This document shows positions 23,222-35,419 of a DNA stretch of 64,000 nucleotides, one piece after another. The stretch's first letter is position 1, and every line of letters begins with the position of its first letter. The translations under genes and the position numbers were made by a program. Source of the DNA: Mobula hypostoma (Eukaryota); NCBI RefSeq assembly GCF_963921235.1, contig NC_086097.1, positions 95,358,001 to 95,422,000 on the forward strand, written 5' to 3'. The notes under the pieces were generated by a model, which saw only the letters and a list, made by a program, of their open reading frames with translations, was not told where the DNA came from and ran no database searches.

Positions 23222-24880
23222 ACTGGACCTAGCACTGAACCTCTGCGGAAAACAGCCAACTTTTTGCCTTCTGCCAGTCAATGCCAGATTCTTTCCTGCA
23301 AAGTACCATGTTCTCTTATCTTAGCAGCCTCATGTGGGGCACCTTGTCAAAAGCCTCTTAAAACCCAAGTGAACAACATCCACTGACTCCCATCAAAGAA
23401 TTTCAACAAATTCATCAGCCAAGATATCCCCTTAAGAAAACCATGCTGACTTGGACTTATTTTATCATGTGTTTCCAAGTACCCCAAAACCTCATCGGCA
23501 GTAATGGACTCTCATCATACTTTATACTTTATTGTCGCCAAACAATTGGTACTAGAACGTACAATCATCCCAGTGATATTTGATTCTGCGCTTCACACTC
23601 CCTGGATTACAAATATTAAATATTAAAAATTTAAATTATAAATCATAAATAGAAAATAGAAAAATGGGAAGTAAGGTAGTGCAAAAAAACCGAGAGGTAG
23701 ATCCATTCAGCAGTCTTATCATAGTTGGAAAGAAGCTGTTCCCAAATCTGGCCGTACGAGTCTTCAAGCTCCTGAGCCTTCCCCCGGAGGGAAGAGGGAC
23801 AAAAAGTGTGTTGGCTGGGTGGGTCGTGTCCTTGCTTATCCTGGCAGCACTGCTCCGACAGCATGCGGTATAAAGTGAGTCCAAGGACGGAAGATTGGTT
23901 TGTGTGATATGCTGGACTGTGTTCACGATCTTCTGCAGCTTCTTTCAGTTTTGGACAGGACAACTTCCATACCAGGCTGTGATACACCCTAGAAAAATGC
24001 TTTCTACAGTGCATCTATAAAAATTAGTGAGGGTTTTAGGGGACAGGCCAAATTTCTTTAGTTTTCTCAGGAAGTAAACGTGCTGGTGGGCCTTCTTGGC
24101 AGTGAACTCTGCTTGTTTGGACCAAGTCAGGTCCTTTGTGATATTGACCCTGAGGAACTTAAAGCTTTTGACCTGTTCCACTTGCACACCACTGATGTAA
24201 ATTGGGTCGTGCGGACCGCTACTCCTTCTGAAGTCAACATCTTTCTAACCATGAAGTCAATCTAACCAGCCTATAATTTTCTGTCTTTTACTTCCCACTC
24301 TTTGTAAAGAGTGAAGTGACATTTGTGATTTTTCTGTCCCCTGGAACCATTTCTGACTCTATTGCTTCCTGAGAGATCATTAATGCCTCCACAATATCGG
24401 CAGCTACCTCCCTCAGAACCCTGGGGTATCGTCCATCTGGTCCAAGTGACATCTACCTTCAGACCCTTCAGCTTCTCCGGCACTTTCTCCTTAGAAATAG
24501 CAACTATACTCACTTCTGCCTTTCTTGAATTTCTGTCATGTTGCTGGTGTCTTCGTCTGTGAAGACTTTCATCCACCATTTCTTTGTTCCCCATTACTCC
24601 TTCTCCAGTGTCATTTTCCGGCAGTCCAATGCCCATTCTTGCCTCTCTTTTACTCTTTACATATCTGAAAAAAAACTTCTGGTATCCCCTTTTGTATTGT
24701 TAACTAGCTCTAGCTTTTTCTTCCCTCATTGCTTTTTTAGTTATCATCTGTTGTTTTTTAAAAAGCTTCCCAGTCTTGCTAGTTTTAGCAATATGCCCTG
24801 TCTTGCTTTTATGCTAAATTGACTTCCCTTGTCAAGCAAGGTTGCCCAATCCTCCTTTTACAATGTTTCTTCTTCTTTGG
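23222..24880 (-). mobile_element. Degraded CR1 ORF2 fragment interrupted by a Rex element
   Basis: Minus strand SQHGF, FDKVPH-like segments at 23330-23460; ENDTGEGVMGNKEMVDE and EKVPEKLKGLKVD at 24271-24636. Confidence 0.7.
23515..24238 (-). mobile_element. Young Rex1/Babar 3' fragment
   Basis: VEQVKSFKFL.VNITKDLTWS...KKAHQHVYFLRKLKKFGLSPKTLTNFYRCTVESI...WYGSC; tail (taaagta)n; same family as 31941-32507. Confidence 0.9.
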
Positions 24881-25447
24881 GATCAATTCTCTGCAGGTGT
24901 CCATCCCCCTTCTCACCATCACACTTTATTGCGTTTTGGCTTTTCCCCTTCAATACCGTTCTGCTATGCTCAAACTGCCAGACACATTTGCTGAACTTCA
25001 CTATTTGTGCAGTGTTTTGAAACACCATAAATGTGTGAAATGTGAGGTCCTTTTCTCTGCAACATACACTTGGAAAGGCATCACTCAAAGTCTCTTTTTC
25101 AGGACAAGCCCAAGTTTATCCAGTCTTCCCTCACAAGTAAAAGGTGAGGTGTGTGGCTTTTCCATATGACAGCCCTTAGACTGGCGGTGTTGGTCTTGGT
25201 GTACTGCCTCCTCTAATTTTTCCCCCTGCATTCGCTCTATTGTCTCCTCCTTTTGAAATAAATTTCCCATTTCATTGTAGATTTCTCAAATTAAAATGGT
25301 ACTTCCCCACAAAATGACCTTTATTTTGAACAATCATTAATTCATTAAAACCAACTTTGATCTTCCCTCTTGCCACCAAGTTTTTTCTATTCTTCATCCA
25401 CACTGCCTCCTTCCAGTTCCTACAGACATTGCACCAAGTAAGGAGCT

Positions 25448-26000
25448 AAAGATGGCAACCGAGGGCAATTTCTTCCAGTTCATCTGCGAAACAGTTTAAT
25501 TTCTTCACTTTAACGTCTTTTCTTTCCTTTTCAAGGTGGCTGGAATCCTGTTGGAGTCCATGATCTACAGCTGCACTCAACGGTAGTTCTTCATGGCAAT
25601 GGGTTCTCACTGTCAGAGCTCACCGAGAGGCCTAGTGTTTGTGAGTGAGAGAGAGTGAGAGTGAGGGTGAGGGTGACAGAGTGAGAGTGAGTGAGACTGA
25701 GAGATTGAGAGAGACAGAGAGAGAGAGAGAGAGACTGAGAAGTTGAAGTGTTGGGTAGACAGTAGTTTTTTGATGGACTTTAGATCATGGTCTCTGGGGG
25801 CTTTGCTACTGGTGCATGGTGGGTGGTGGGGCCTGATGCTTTTGCTGGAGTAAGTGGGGGTGGAGGGGGAGGGGGGCTTTGGGTTTTTAATGTTTTTCTG
25901 TCATCCATTTTTTGGGATATTTCTGCTTCATGGATGTCTGTGAAGAGGAAGGATTTCAGATTGTATACTGTATACATTCTTCGATATTAAATTGAACCAC
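25448..26000 (+). mobile_element. Probable non-autonomous retroelement with Rex-like ends and internal (GA)-rich microsatellite
   Basis: Starts aagatggc like the Rex element at 27139; GA/GT tract at 25640-25740; Rex-like 3' end (atttcag.ttgtata...attaaattgaac); no coding remnant seen. Confidence 0.45.
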
Positions 26001-26629
26001 TAAACGTTTTTAGGCACTTAGTGACTAACTAATGGTGCAAGAGTGCAGTCTCTCACTCTCTCTCTCCTCTCCCTCTCACTCGCACATGTAATTATCACTG
26101 TTTTTCAAGACAAAAATCACAGAAACAAGACAAAAGTTAAACACACTAATCTTGACCTCTTTCAAACTTTGAAGCATTCCCAATTTTATGCCAATAAACT
26201 GAAACACAAGCTCACTAGTGATGGTCCAATGGTGATGCAGTGTTCCAAAGTGCAATCTCCAAGAGTGCATCTGGACACTTTTACAATCCAGTTTGCTCTA
26301 ACTCCAAGCATTGCAAGTGTGCTTTATGCATGGCACCCTTCCATTTTTCCAAGCAAAATTCAAGCCAGATATGTACAGCACTTGGTATTCAATTGAATCC
26401 CATTAATACGGTGCAGGTGTGACAGACATGGGTGCTTTTACTAAAAGCACCCATTTCTGTGAGAATGGTCGAGGCCATGATGATTTATGTACAATTATTG
26501 TAATTGCCTTGTGTTTCTGAGTTTATGGAATGTGGGAAAAAGAGTGTGCTTGAAGAGGAACTTTGCCAATGGTGGTGATCCATTCCAAATTTCCTTATCC
26601 TGCCAAATGGAGACAACATATATTTAGGA

Positions 26630-27075
26630 ATCAAAATCAGGATTATTATCACTGACATATATCATGAAATTTATAGTTTTGCAACAGCAGTACAGTGCAA
26701 AATATAAAAAGTTACAATAAGTCGTGCAAAAAAAGAGCAAAACTGTGGTAGTAGTGATTGGGTTCATAGATCATTCAGAAATCTGATGGCAGAGGGAAAG
26801 CTGCTCCTAAAAGGGTGAGTGTGTGTCTTCAGGCTCCTGTACCCTCCTTCTTAATGGTACCAATACGAAGAGGGCATGTCCTTGATTGTGAAGGTCTTTA
26901 ATTATGGAGGTTGCCTTCTTGAGACCATAAAAACATCTTACTAACAGTACAAACAACACTTTTTGAAGATGTCCTTGATCGTGGGGAGACTAGTACTTAT
27001 GATGGAGCTGGCTGATTTTACAAAACTCTGCAGTTTTCCTCCAATCCTGTGCACTGGTGCCTTCATACCAGACAG
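26630..27075 (-). mobile_element. Rex1/Babar 3' fragment
   Basis: aatcaaaatcagg tail on the plus strand; decayed WYG/LQRVV/IIKD motifs on the minus strand. Confidence 0.7.
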
Positions 27076-29766
27076 TTTTAGCAAGTGACTCTAATGAACC
27101 TTGCAGATTTAAGATTAAAAATCTTGCAGACCTGATTGAAGATGGCGCCAGTGATCACTGGTGACGTTCTGTGGGCTGCAGACAATTGCTCCAAATATAC
27201 TTTTTAAATACATCTCTTGTAAAAGAGGATCTAGTACTTTTCTGGCGTATATGTACCTGACTGGAAGCCAGAGAAGAGTTTATTCGTACCTCTTGTAAAT
27301 GACTCTCACTGCGATCTGCAGCATGTAACTTCCCTCCAAACAATATACCTTTAAATCAACTTAATAATCTACAGATCTAATGATCGTCTGAAGGACACAG
27401 AGGACAAGGCAGGTATGACACCATTAAGCAGATGAAGGTTCATTGCCATGGCCAGAAGTGGGGGTGGGGGGAGGGAGGACCTATAAGCCAGGCTGAAATG
27501 CCTCCTCTACCCAGCACCTTGTTGTCAAATGTGCAGTCTCTGGAGAACAAAATTGAGGCCTGAGGGCAAGATTGCTGTATCAGAGAGAAATGAGATCCTG
27601 TTGTATGTCTGACTGAGACACAGCTTTCTCTAGACACGCCAGATACAGCAATCAGACCCGAAGGCTTGCAAGTATGAGTTCCATAAACTCTCGGCGGTGC
27701 TCCAATGAGGCGGTTTTGTCGAACTCATGTTTCCCTGACTTGGAACACCCAATAGTCAAATGCCTCCGTTCCATTTACTTAAGGAGTAGTCAACTGTAAT
27801 CCTGATTGCAGTTTATATACCACCAGTGGCCGACTATAATCAAGCACTCACAATACTGCATGATGCTGTCTCCAAACAAGGAACAGTCCATTCCGACACA
27901 TTTCAAATTATAGTCAGAGACTTCAAGCAGGGTTGTAATATAACTGCCAGCATATAACCTGTAGCACTAGAAGTCCCAAAACACTAGACCACTGTTATAC
28001 AAGATAAAGAATGCCTACAGTTCTATGCCCAGACTGCATTTCCGTAAATTGGATCACTTGGCAGTCCTTCTCCTACTTGCATACAACAGAGGCTAAAGAA
28101 CAAAGCTCCAGAGATTGGGACAGCTAAGAGGCGGTTGCGGGAGGCAGAGGAGAAGCTACAGGATTGCTTCAAGTCAGTTGGCTGGGCTGTGTTTAAGAGC
28201 TCATTTGGGATTCTGAATGAATACATGGTTGTAACAAGCTTTAGTGAAACAGCTGTAGGTGAGGGTGTCCCCACAAAATCATTCAGAGTCTTCCCCATTC
28301 AGCAGCCCTGGACAAACCATGAGATGCAAAATTTGCTGAGTACCTGATTAAGGACATTCAAGGTGACCAAAAAAGTTACAAGAGGTCCAGGTACGATCTC
28401 TAAAAAGCCATCTCACAGATAAGGTGGCAATTTCGGACCAAATTTGAATCAGCAAAGGAATGCTCAACAGTTGTGGCAGGGCATGAATACCATCTTCTCT
28501 TATAAAGTCAAATCAAGCAACAAAGGGGACAGAAGGGGTCTGCTTCCAGATGAGCTCAATTGCCTTCTATGCTTTCTTTGACCATTAAAACATGGAGGAA
28601 CCATCACAAACTCCCACATCTCCCAATGATCCGAAGATTTCAGCCTCTGAAGCTGATGTGCGAGCAGCCTCCAGGAGGGTGAACCCACGAAAGCATCCAG
28701 CCCAGCTGGGATACCTGGCCAAGTGTTAATGACCTATGCTGATCAACTGGCTGGAGTGTTCACTGAGATCTTTAACCTCTTGCTTTGGCGTTGTGTGGTA
28801 CTCTCCTGCTTCTTGTAAGCTTCAATTATACCGGTGCCCTAGAAGAAGGTGGTGACCTGTCTCAATGACTATCACCCAGTAGGATTTACACCCACAGTGT
28901 TGAAGTGTTTTGGGAGATTGATGATGATTTAGATCTGCTCCTATTTGGCTACAGGAGTAACAGGTCCATAGCAGATGCCATCTCATTTGCTTTTCACTCA
29001 GCACTGTAACATCTGGACAGCAAAGATGCATACATCAGGATGCTCTTTATCAACTGCAGCTCAGCATTCAATACCATCATCCTCTCAAAACTAATTAGTA
29101 AGATCCAAGACCTTGGCCTCAATACCTCCTTCAACAACATCTCCTCCATGATCTCCATCAGCTCAGGTGCACCACAAGGCTGTGTGCTTAGTCCCCTGCT
29201 CTACTCACTTTACACTTTTGACTGTGTGGCTAAGCACAGCTCCAATGGTATATTCCAAGTCTGCTGATGATACCATTGTCATAGGCTGAATCAAAGATGG
29301 TGATGAATCAGCATACCGGAGAGAGACTGAAAATCTGGCTGAGTGGTGTCACAACAACAATGTCTTCCACAATGTCATCAAGACAAAGGAGTTAATTATA
29401 GACTTCAGGAGAAGGAAACCTGAGGTCCATGAGACAGTCCTCATCAGAGGACCAAAGGAAGGGGGTTAGCAACTTTAAATTCCTAAGTGCGATTATTTTG
29501 GAGGACCTGTCCTGGGCCCAGCACACAAGTGCAATTACAAAGAAAGCACACACCACACCTGTACTTCCATAGGAATTTGCAGGGTTTCAGCAAGACATCT
29601 AAAACTTTGGCAACAGTCTATAGATGTGTAGTGGAGAGTATACTGACTGGATGCATCACATCCTGATATGGAAAGACCAATGCTCTTGAATGGAAAATCC
29701 TACAAAAAGTAGTTGATATGGCCCAGTCCATCATGGAAAAGCTCTCCCCACTACTGAGCCCATTTA

Positions 29767-31294
29767 GTCATAGTCATAGTCATACTTTATTGATCCTGGG
29801 AAAAATGGTTTTTCGTTACAGTTGCACCATAAATAATTAAATAGTAATAAAACCACAAATAATTAAATAGTAATATGTAAATTATGCCAAGTCCAGGACC
29901 AGCCTATTGGCTCAGGGTGTCTGACCCTCCAAGGGAGGAGTTGTAAAGTTTGATGGTCACAGGCAGGAATGACTTCCTATGACGTTCTGTGTTGCATCTC
30001 GGTGGAATGAGTCTCCGGCTGAAAGTACTCCTGTGCCCAACCAGTACATTATGTAGTGGATGGGAGACATTGTCCAAGATGGCATGCAACTTGGACAGCA
30101 TCCTCTTTTCAGACACCACCGTCAGAGAGTCCAGTTCCATCCCCACAACATCACTGGCGTTACGAATGAGTTTGTTGATTCTGTTGGTGTCTGCTACCCT
30201 CAGCCTGCTGCCCCAGCACACAACAGCAAACATGATAGCACTGGCCACCACAGACTCGTAGAACATCCTCAGCAACGTCTGGCAGATGTAAAGGACCTCA
30301 GTCTCCGCAGGAAATAGAGACGGCTCTGATCCTTCTTGTAGACAGCCTCAGTGTTCTTTGACCAGTCCAGTTTATGGTCAATTCGTATCCCCAGATATTT
30401 GTAATCCTCCACCATGTCCACACTGACCCCCTGGATGGAAACAGGGGTCACCGGTACCTTAGCTCTCCTCAGGTCTACCACCAGCTCCTTAGCCTTTTTC
30501 ACATTAAGCTGCAGATAATTCTGCTCACACCATGTGACAAAGTTTCCTACCGTAGCCCTGTACTCAGCCTCATCTTCCCTGCTGATGCATCCAACTATGG
30601 CAGAGTCATCAAAAAACTTCTGAAGATGACAAGACTCTGTGCAGTAGTTGAAGTCCAAGGTGTAAATGGTGAAGAGAAAGGGAGACAAGACAGTCCCTTG
30701 CGGAGCCCCAGTGCTGCTGATCACTCTGTTGGACACACAGTGTCGCAAGCACACGTACTGTGGTCTGCCAGTCAGGTAATCAAGAATCCATGACACCAGG
30801 AAAGCATCCACCTGCATCGCTGTCAGCTTCTCCCCCAGCAGAGCAGGGCGGATGGTGTTGAACGCACTGGAGAAGTCAAAAAACTTGACCCTCACAGTGC
30901 TCGCTGGCTTGTCCAGGTGGGCATAGACATGGTTTAGCAGGTAGACGATGGCATCCTCAACTCCTAGTCGGGGCTGGTAGGCAAACTGGAGGGGATCTAA
31001 GTGTGGCCTGACCATAGGCCGGAGCAGCTCCAGAACAAGTCTCTCCAGAGTCTTCATGATGTGGGAGGTCAATGCCACCAGTCTGTAGTCATTGAGGCCG
31101 CTGGGGCACGGCGTCTTCGGCACAGGGACGAGGCAGGACATCTTCCACAGCACAGGAACCCAAAGGCTCAGGTTGAGGACATGGCGAAGTACTCCACATA
31201 GCTGAGGGGCACAGGCTTTGAGCACCCTGGTACTGACACCATCCGGTCCTGCAGCCTTGCTTGGGTTGAGATGTTTCAGCTGTCTTCTCACCTG
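29767..31294 (-). mobile_element. Young 5'-truncated Rex1/Babar LINE nested in an older Rex element
   Basis: RT ORFs 30269-31327 and 29904-30275 separated by one frameshift; (gactat)n tail; ttta on both flanks (29763-29766, 31295-31298). Confidence 0.92.
29904..31294 (-). pseudogene. Nearly intact Rex-type reverse transcriptase (5'-truncated, one frameshift)
   Basis: KAAGPDG, LNDYRLVALTS, DPLQFAY, FFDFSSAFNTI, GAPQGTVLSPFLF, KFFDDSA, YKYLG. Confidence 0.88.
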
Positions 31295-31621
31295 TTTACA
31301 TGAACCGCTGTCACAGGAAAGCAGCATCCATCATCAAGGACCCCCACCACCTAAAACGTGCTCTCTTCTCACTGCTGCCATCAGGAAGAAGGTACAAGAT
31401 CCTAAGGATTCATACCACCAGATTCAGGAACAATTATCACTCCTCAGTCATCAGGCTCTTAAAACAAAGTGGATAACTTCACTTGCTGCATCATTGAAAT
31501 GTTCCCACAGTTAATGGACTCACTTTCAAGGACTTTTCCTCATGTTTTTGATACTCATTGATTATTTATTTATTATTATTGTTTCTTCTTTTTGTATTTC
31601 TACAGTTCGCTGTCTTCTGCA

Positions 31622-34114
31622 CGCTGCTGGCAGTCCATTCCACGCACTCACCACTCTCTGCAAAAAAAAACTTACCCCGACATCTCCTCTGTACCTACTA
31701 GCCTTTTCAGCCCTGGGAAAAAGCCACCGACTATCCACACGATCAATGCCTCTCATCATCTTGTACACCTCTATCAGGTCACCTCTCACCCTCCATCGCC
31801 GCAAGGAGAAAAGGCCGAGTTCACTCAACCTATTTCATAAGTCGTGCTCCCCAATCCAGGCAACACCCTTGTAAATCTCCTCTGCACCCTTTCTATCGTT
31901 TCCACGTCCTTCCTGTAGTGAAGCAACCGGAATTGAGCACAGAAAGCATTCTTCTAGGGTGCATCACAACCTGGTATGGAAGTTGTCCTGTCCAAGACCG
32001 AAAGAAGCTGCAGAAGATTGTGAACACGGCGCAGCACATCATACAAACCAATCTTCCGTCCGTGGACTCACTTTACACCGCACACTGTCGGAGCAGTGCT
32101 GCCAAGTTAATCAAGGACACGACCCATCCAGCCAACACACTTTTCGTCCCTCTTCCCTCTGGGAGAAGGTTCAGGAGCTTGAAGACTCGGACGGCCAGAT
32201 TTGGGAACAGCTTCTTTCCAACTCTGATAAGATTGCTGAACGGATCCTGACCCGGATCTGGGCCGTACCCTCCAAATATCCGGACCTGCCTCTCGGATTT
32301 TTTACACTACCTTACTTCCCATTTTTCTATTTTCTGTTTATGATTTATAATTTAAATTTTTAATATTTACTAATTTGAACTATTTTTAATATTTTAAATA
32401 TTTAATATTTGTAATCCAGGGAGTGTGAAGCGCAGAATAAAATATCGCTGTGGTGATTGTACATTCTAGTACCAATTGTTTGGCGACAATAAAGTATAAA
32501 CTATAAAGTACTCCAAGTGGGGTCTGACCAGGATCCTATATAGCTGCAACATTACCTCTCAGCTCTTAAACTCAATCCCACGATTGATGAAGACCAATAT
32601 ACCGTATGCCTTCTTAACTACAGAGTCAACCTGTGTAGCAGCTTTGAATATCCTATGGATTTGGACCCCAAGATCCCTCTGATCCTCCACGCTGCCAAGA
32701 GTCTTAACATTAATGCTACGTTCTGCCATCATATTTGACTTACCAAAATGAACCACCTCACGCTTATCTGGATTAAACTCCATCTGCCACTTCTCAACCC
32801 AGTTTCAGATCCTATCAATGTCCTACTATAACCTCTGACAACCCTCCACACGATCCACAACACCCCCAACCTTTGTGTCATCAGCAAATTTACTAGCCCA
32901 TCCCGCCACTTCCTCATCCAGGTCATTTATAAAAATCACGAAGAGTAGGGGTCCCAGAACAGATCCCGAGGTACACCACTGGTCACCGACCTCCATGCAG
33001 AATATGACCCATCTACAACTACTCTTTGCCTTCTGTAGGCAAGCCAGTTCTGGATCCACAAAGCAATGTCCCCTTGCATCCCATGCCTCCTTAGTTTCTC
33101 AGTAAACCTGGCATGGGGTACGTTATCAAATGCTTTGCTGAAATCCATATACACTACATCTACGGCTCTACCTTCATCAATGTGTTTAGTCACATCCTCA
33201 AAAAATTCAATTAGGCTCATAAGGCACAACCTGCCTTTCACAAAACCATACTGACTATTCCTAATCATATTATGCCTCCAAGTGTTCATAAATCCTGCCT
33301 CTCAGGATCCTCTCCATCAACTTACCAACCACTAAAGTAAGGCTCACTGATCTATAATTTCCTGGGCTATCTCTACTCCCTTTCTTGAATAAGGGAACAA
33401 GATCCACAACCCTCCAATCCTCCGGAACCTTTCCTCTCCTCATTGATGATGCAAAGATCATCACCAGAGGCTTAGCAATCTCCTCCCTCGCTTCCCACAG
33501 TAGCCTGGGGTACATCCCGTCCGGTCCCGGTAACTTATCCAACTTGATGCTTTCCAAAGGCTCCAGCATGTCCTCTTCCTTAATATCTACATGCTCAGGC
33601 TTTTCAGTCCGCTGTAAGTCATCCCTACAATCATCGAGATCTTTTTCTGTAGTGAACACTGAAGCAAAGTATTCATTAAGTACCTCTGCTATCTCCTCTG
33701 GTTCCATACACACTTTTCCACTGTCACACTTGATTGGTCCTGTTCTCTCACATCTGATCCTCTTGCTCTTCACATTCTTGTAGAATGCCTTGGAGTTTTC
33801 CTTAATCCTGTCTGCCAAGGCCTTCTCATGGCCCCTTCTGGCTCTCCTAATTTCATTCTTAAACTCCTTCCTGCTAGCCTTATAATCTTCTAGATCTCTA
33901 TCATTACCTAGTTTTTTGAACCTTTTGTAAACTCTTCTTTTCTTCTTGACAAGATTTACAACAGCCTTTGTACGCCATGGCTCTTGAACCGTACCATCCT
34001 TTCCCTGTCTCACTGGAACGTACCTATGCAGAACCCCACACAAGTACCCCCTGAACATTTGCCATATTTCTTCCGTATGTTTCCCTGAGAACATCTGTTT
34101 CTAATTTATGCTTC
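31622..34114 (-). mobile_element. CR1 LINE (RT region + 3' part), same subfamily as 11883-15515, inverted orientation
   Basis: ORFs 33270-34094, 32936-33289, 32826-33059 and 32559-32783 are collinear with and highly similar to the 13193-14702 peptides. Confidence 0.95.
31941..32507 (+). mobile_element. Young Rex1/Babar 3' fragment nested in CR1
   Basis: ESILLGCITTWYGSCPVQDRKKLQKIV...RFGNSFFPTLIRLLNGS*; tail aataaagtataaactataaag; interrupts the CR1 sequence gagcacag|tactcc. Confidence 0.9.
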
Positions 34115-34115
34115 A

Positions 34116-34245
34116 ACAGAACACCTGAAGGAAAATGATACAGTCACAGCGAGGGCATGGGAACTCCACACAAACAGCACGCAAGGTCAGGATTGAATTT
34201 GGGACCCTGGAGCTGTGAAGCACTGACTCTATCACTGTGCTACCT
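34116..34245 (-). mobile_element. tRNA-derived SINE remnant (V-SINE-like)
   Basis: Reverse complement ggtagcacagtg...cttcacagctccagggtccc..ttcaatcc (A/B-box-like head), then gtgtggagtt.catg..ctc.c.gtg V-domain-like text. Confidence 0.6.
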
Positions 34246-34419
34246 CACTCATCCCATATATCATATATTCTCATATATCAAACTTGCCATGCAACCTGGT
34301 GAATCTTCACTCTGATAGGAAATTATCAGAAGAGCAGGTTTTAATAATAGAGAGAACAAGCAGGCCAATATCACAGATGAATGACCTGACATAGGTAGTT
34401 CTGAAATAGGCAGAAAAAT

Positions 34420-34740
34420 CGCATTTCTTGAAGTGGTGGAATTTGAAGAAAAGTCCATAAGGTTGTCAAGATGGATGATAAGGTGTTATTCCTCAAGATA
34501 CTGTTGTACCACAGTGTTACAGCTCAGAAGACCACAGTCAGATGGTCGGAGTGGAAATGGATTTCCACAAGCAACAGGAAACACTGGACATAATGCACAT
34601 GCAGTTCCATGGAAGTACCATCAGCAGAGCAGGGAATTGTGCTGGGGACAGTCCCTTTGAAATTCTGAAAGCTGATGGGAGCAGATGCATTTAGTTGTGA
34701 GATCTTGTTAGAGCTAGCAGAAACTGCAAAGGAAGAGAGC
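34420..34740 (-). mobile_element. Ancient Penelope-like fragment
   Basis: ataaggtgttattcctcaa and later segments resemble the reverse complement of the LEEQHL region of the younger copies. Confidence 0.45.
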
Positions 34741-35419
34741 GGTTGACAGCAAGCTTACAGGAAATAGATGAAGTCCATTATCATATAGGAGGAAGCCAGT
34801 TCAGGAATTTCAGATGCCAGCCTAATTTTTTGTGTTCAGTGGCATACAATCACATGTGGTCCTTTTGAACATCTACATTCCCAACTCTCTCACAATTTAA
34901 CAATATTCTACTCCCCTGTTTTAAAAATTGAAATGGAAAACTTCTCATTTTATTTTCACATTACACTTCATAAGCTCTGTTCTCATCCCCTCATTTGGTT
35001 TCCCCATATGCTCTTAAAGTTTCCTTACATCCACTTACCTAGTCTTGAATCAGCAGCCAACTTGGAATTATAACATCTGGTCTCCTTTGCCAAATAATTG
35101 ACATAGATGATAAATAAATACGCCAAAGCTCAATCCCCACAGCCTAGCAACAGCAAAAAAAAGTTTATTCCTATTCCATGCTTCCTACATGTTAACCAAC
35201 CCTCAATCCATGCCTGTGCATCATCTCAATTCCATGTGCTCCAATGTCCTGGATTAAACTGAATCGAAAGCTTTCTGTTAATCTAAATATCTCAAAACTA
35301 GTTGCTTCCCTCTAACCTATTCAGCTAGTCATATCCTCAAACAACTCTAATAGATTAGTCAAACAAAATATTCTCTGCATAAATTCTGAAGAGCTTAAGT
35401 TGGCCTTCTTTCATCTTTG

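Larger units (their letters stand above)
27135..31621 (+). mobile_element. Near full-length degraded Rex1/Babar LINE
   Basis: 5' aagatggcg start; APE remnants (NVQSLENK, TET, AVYIPP, TLDHCY, SDHLAV); RT remnants ([36 protein letters not shown]); C-terminus and UTR resume after 31295. Confidence 0.88.
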
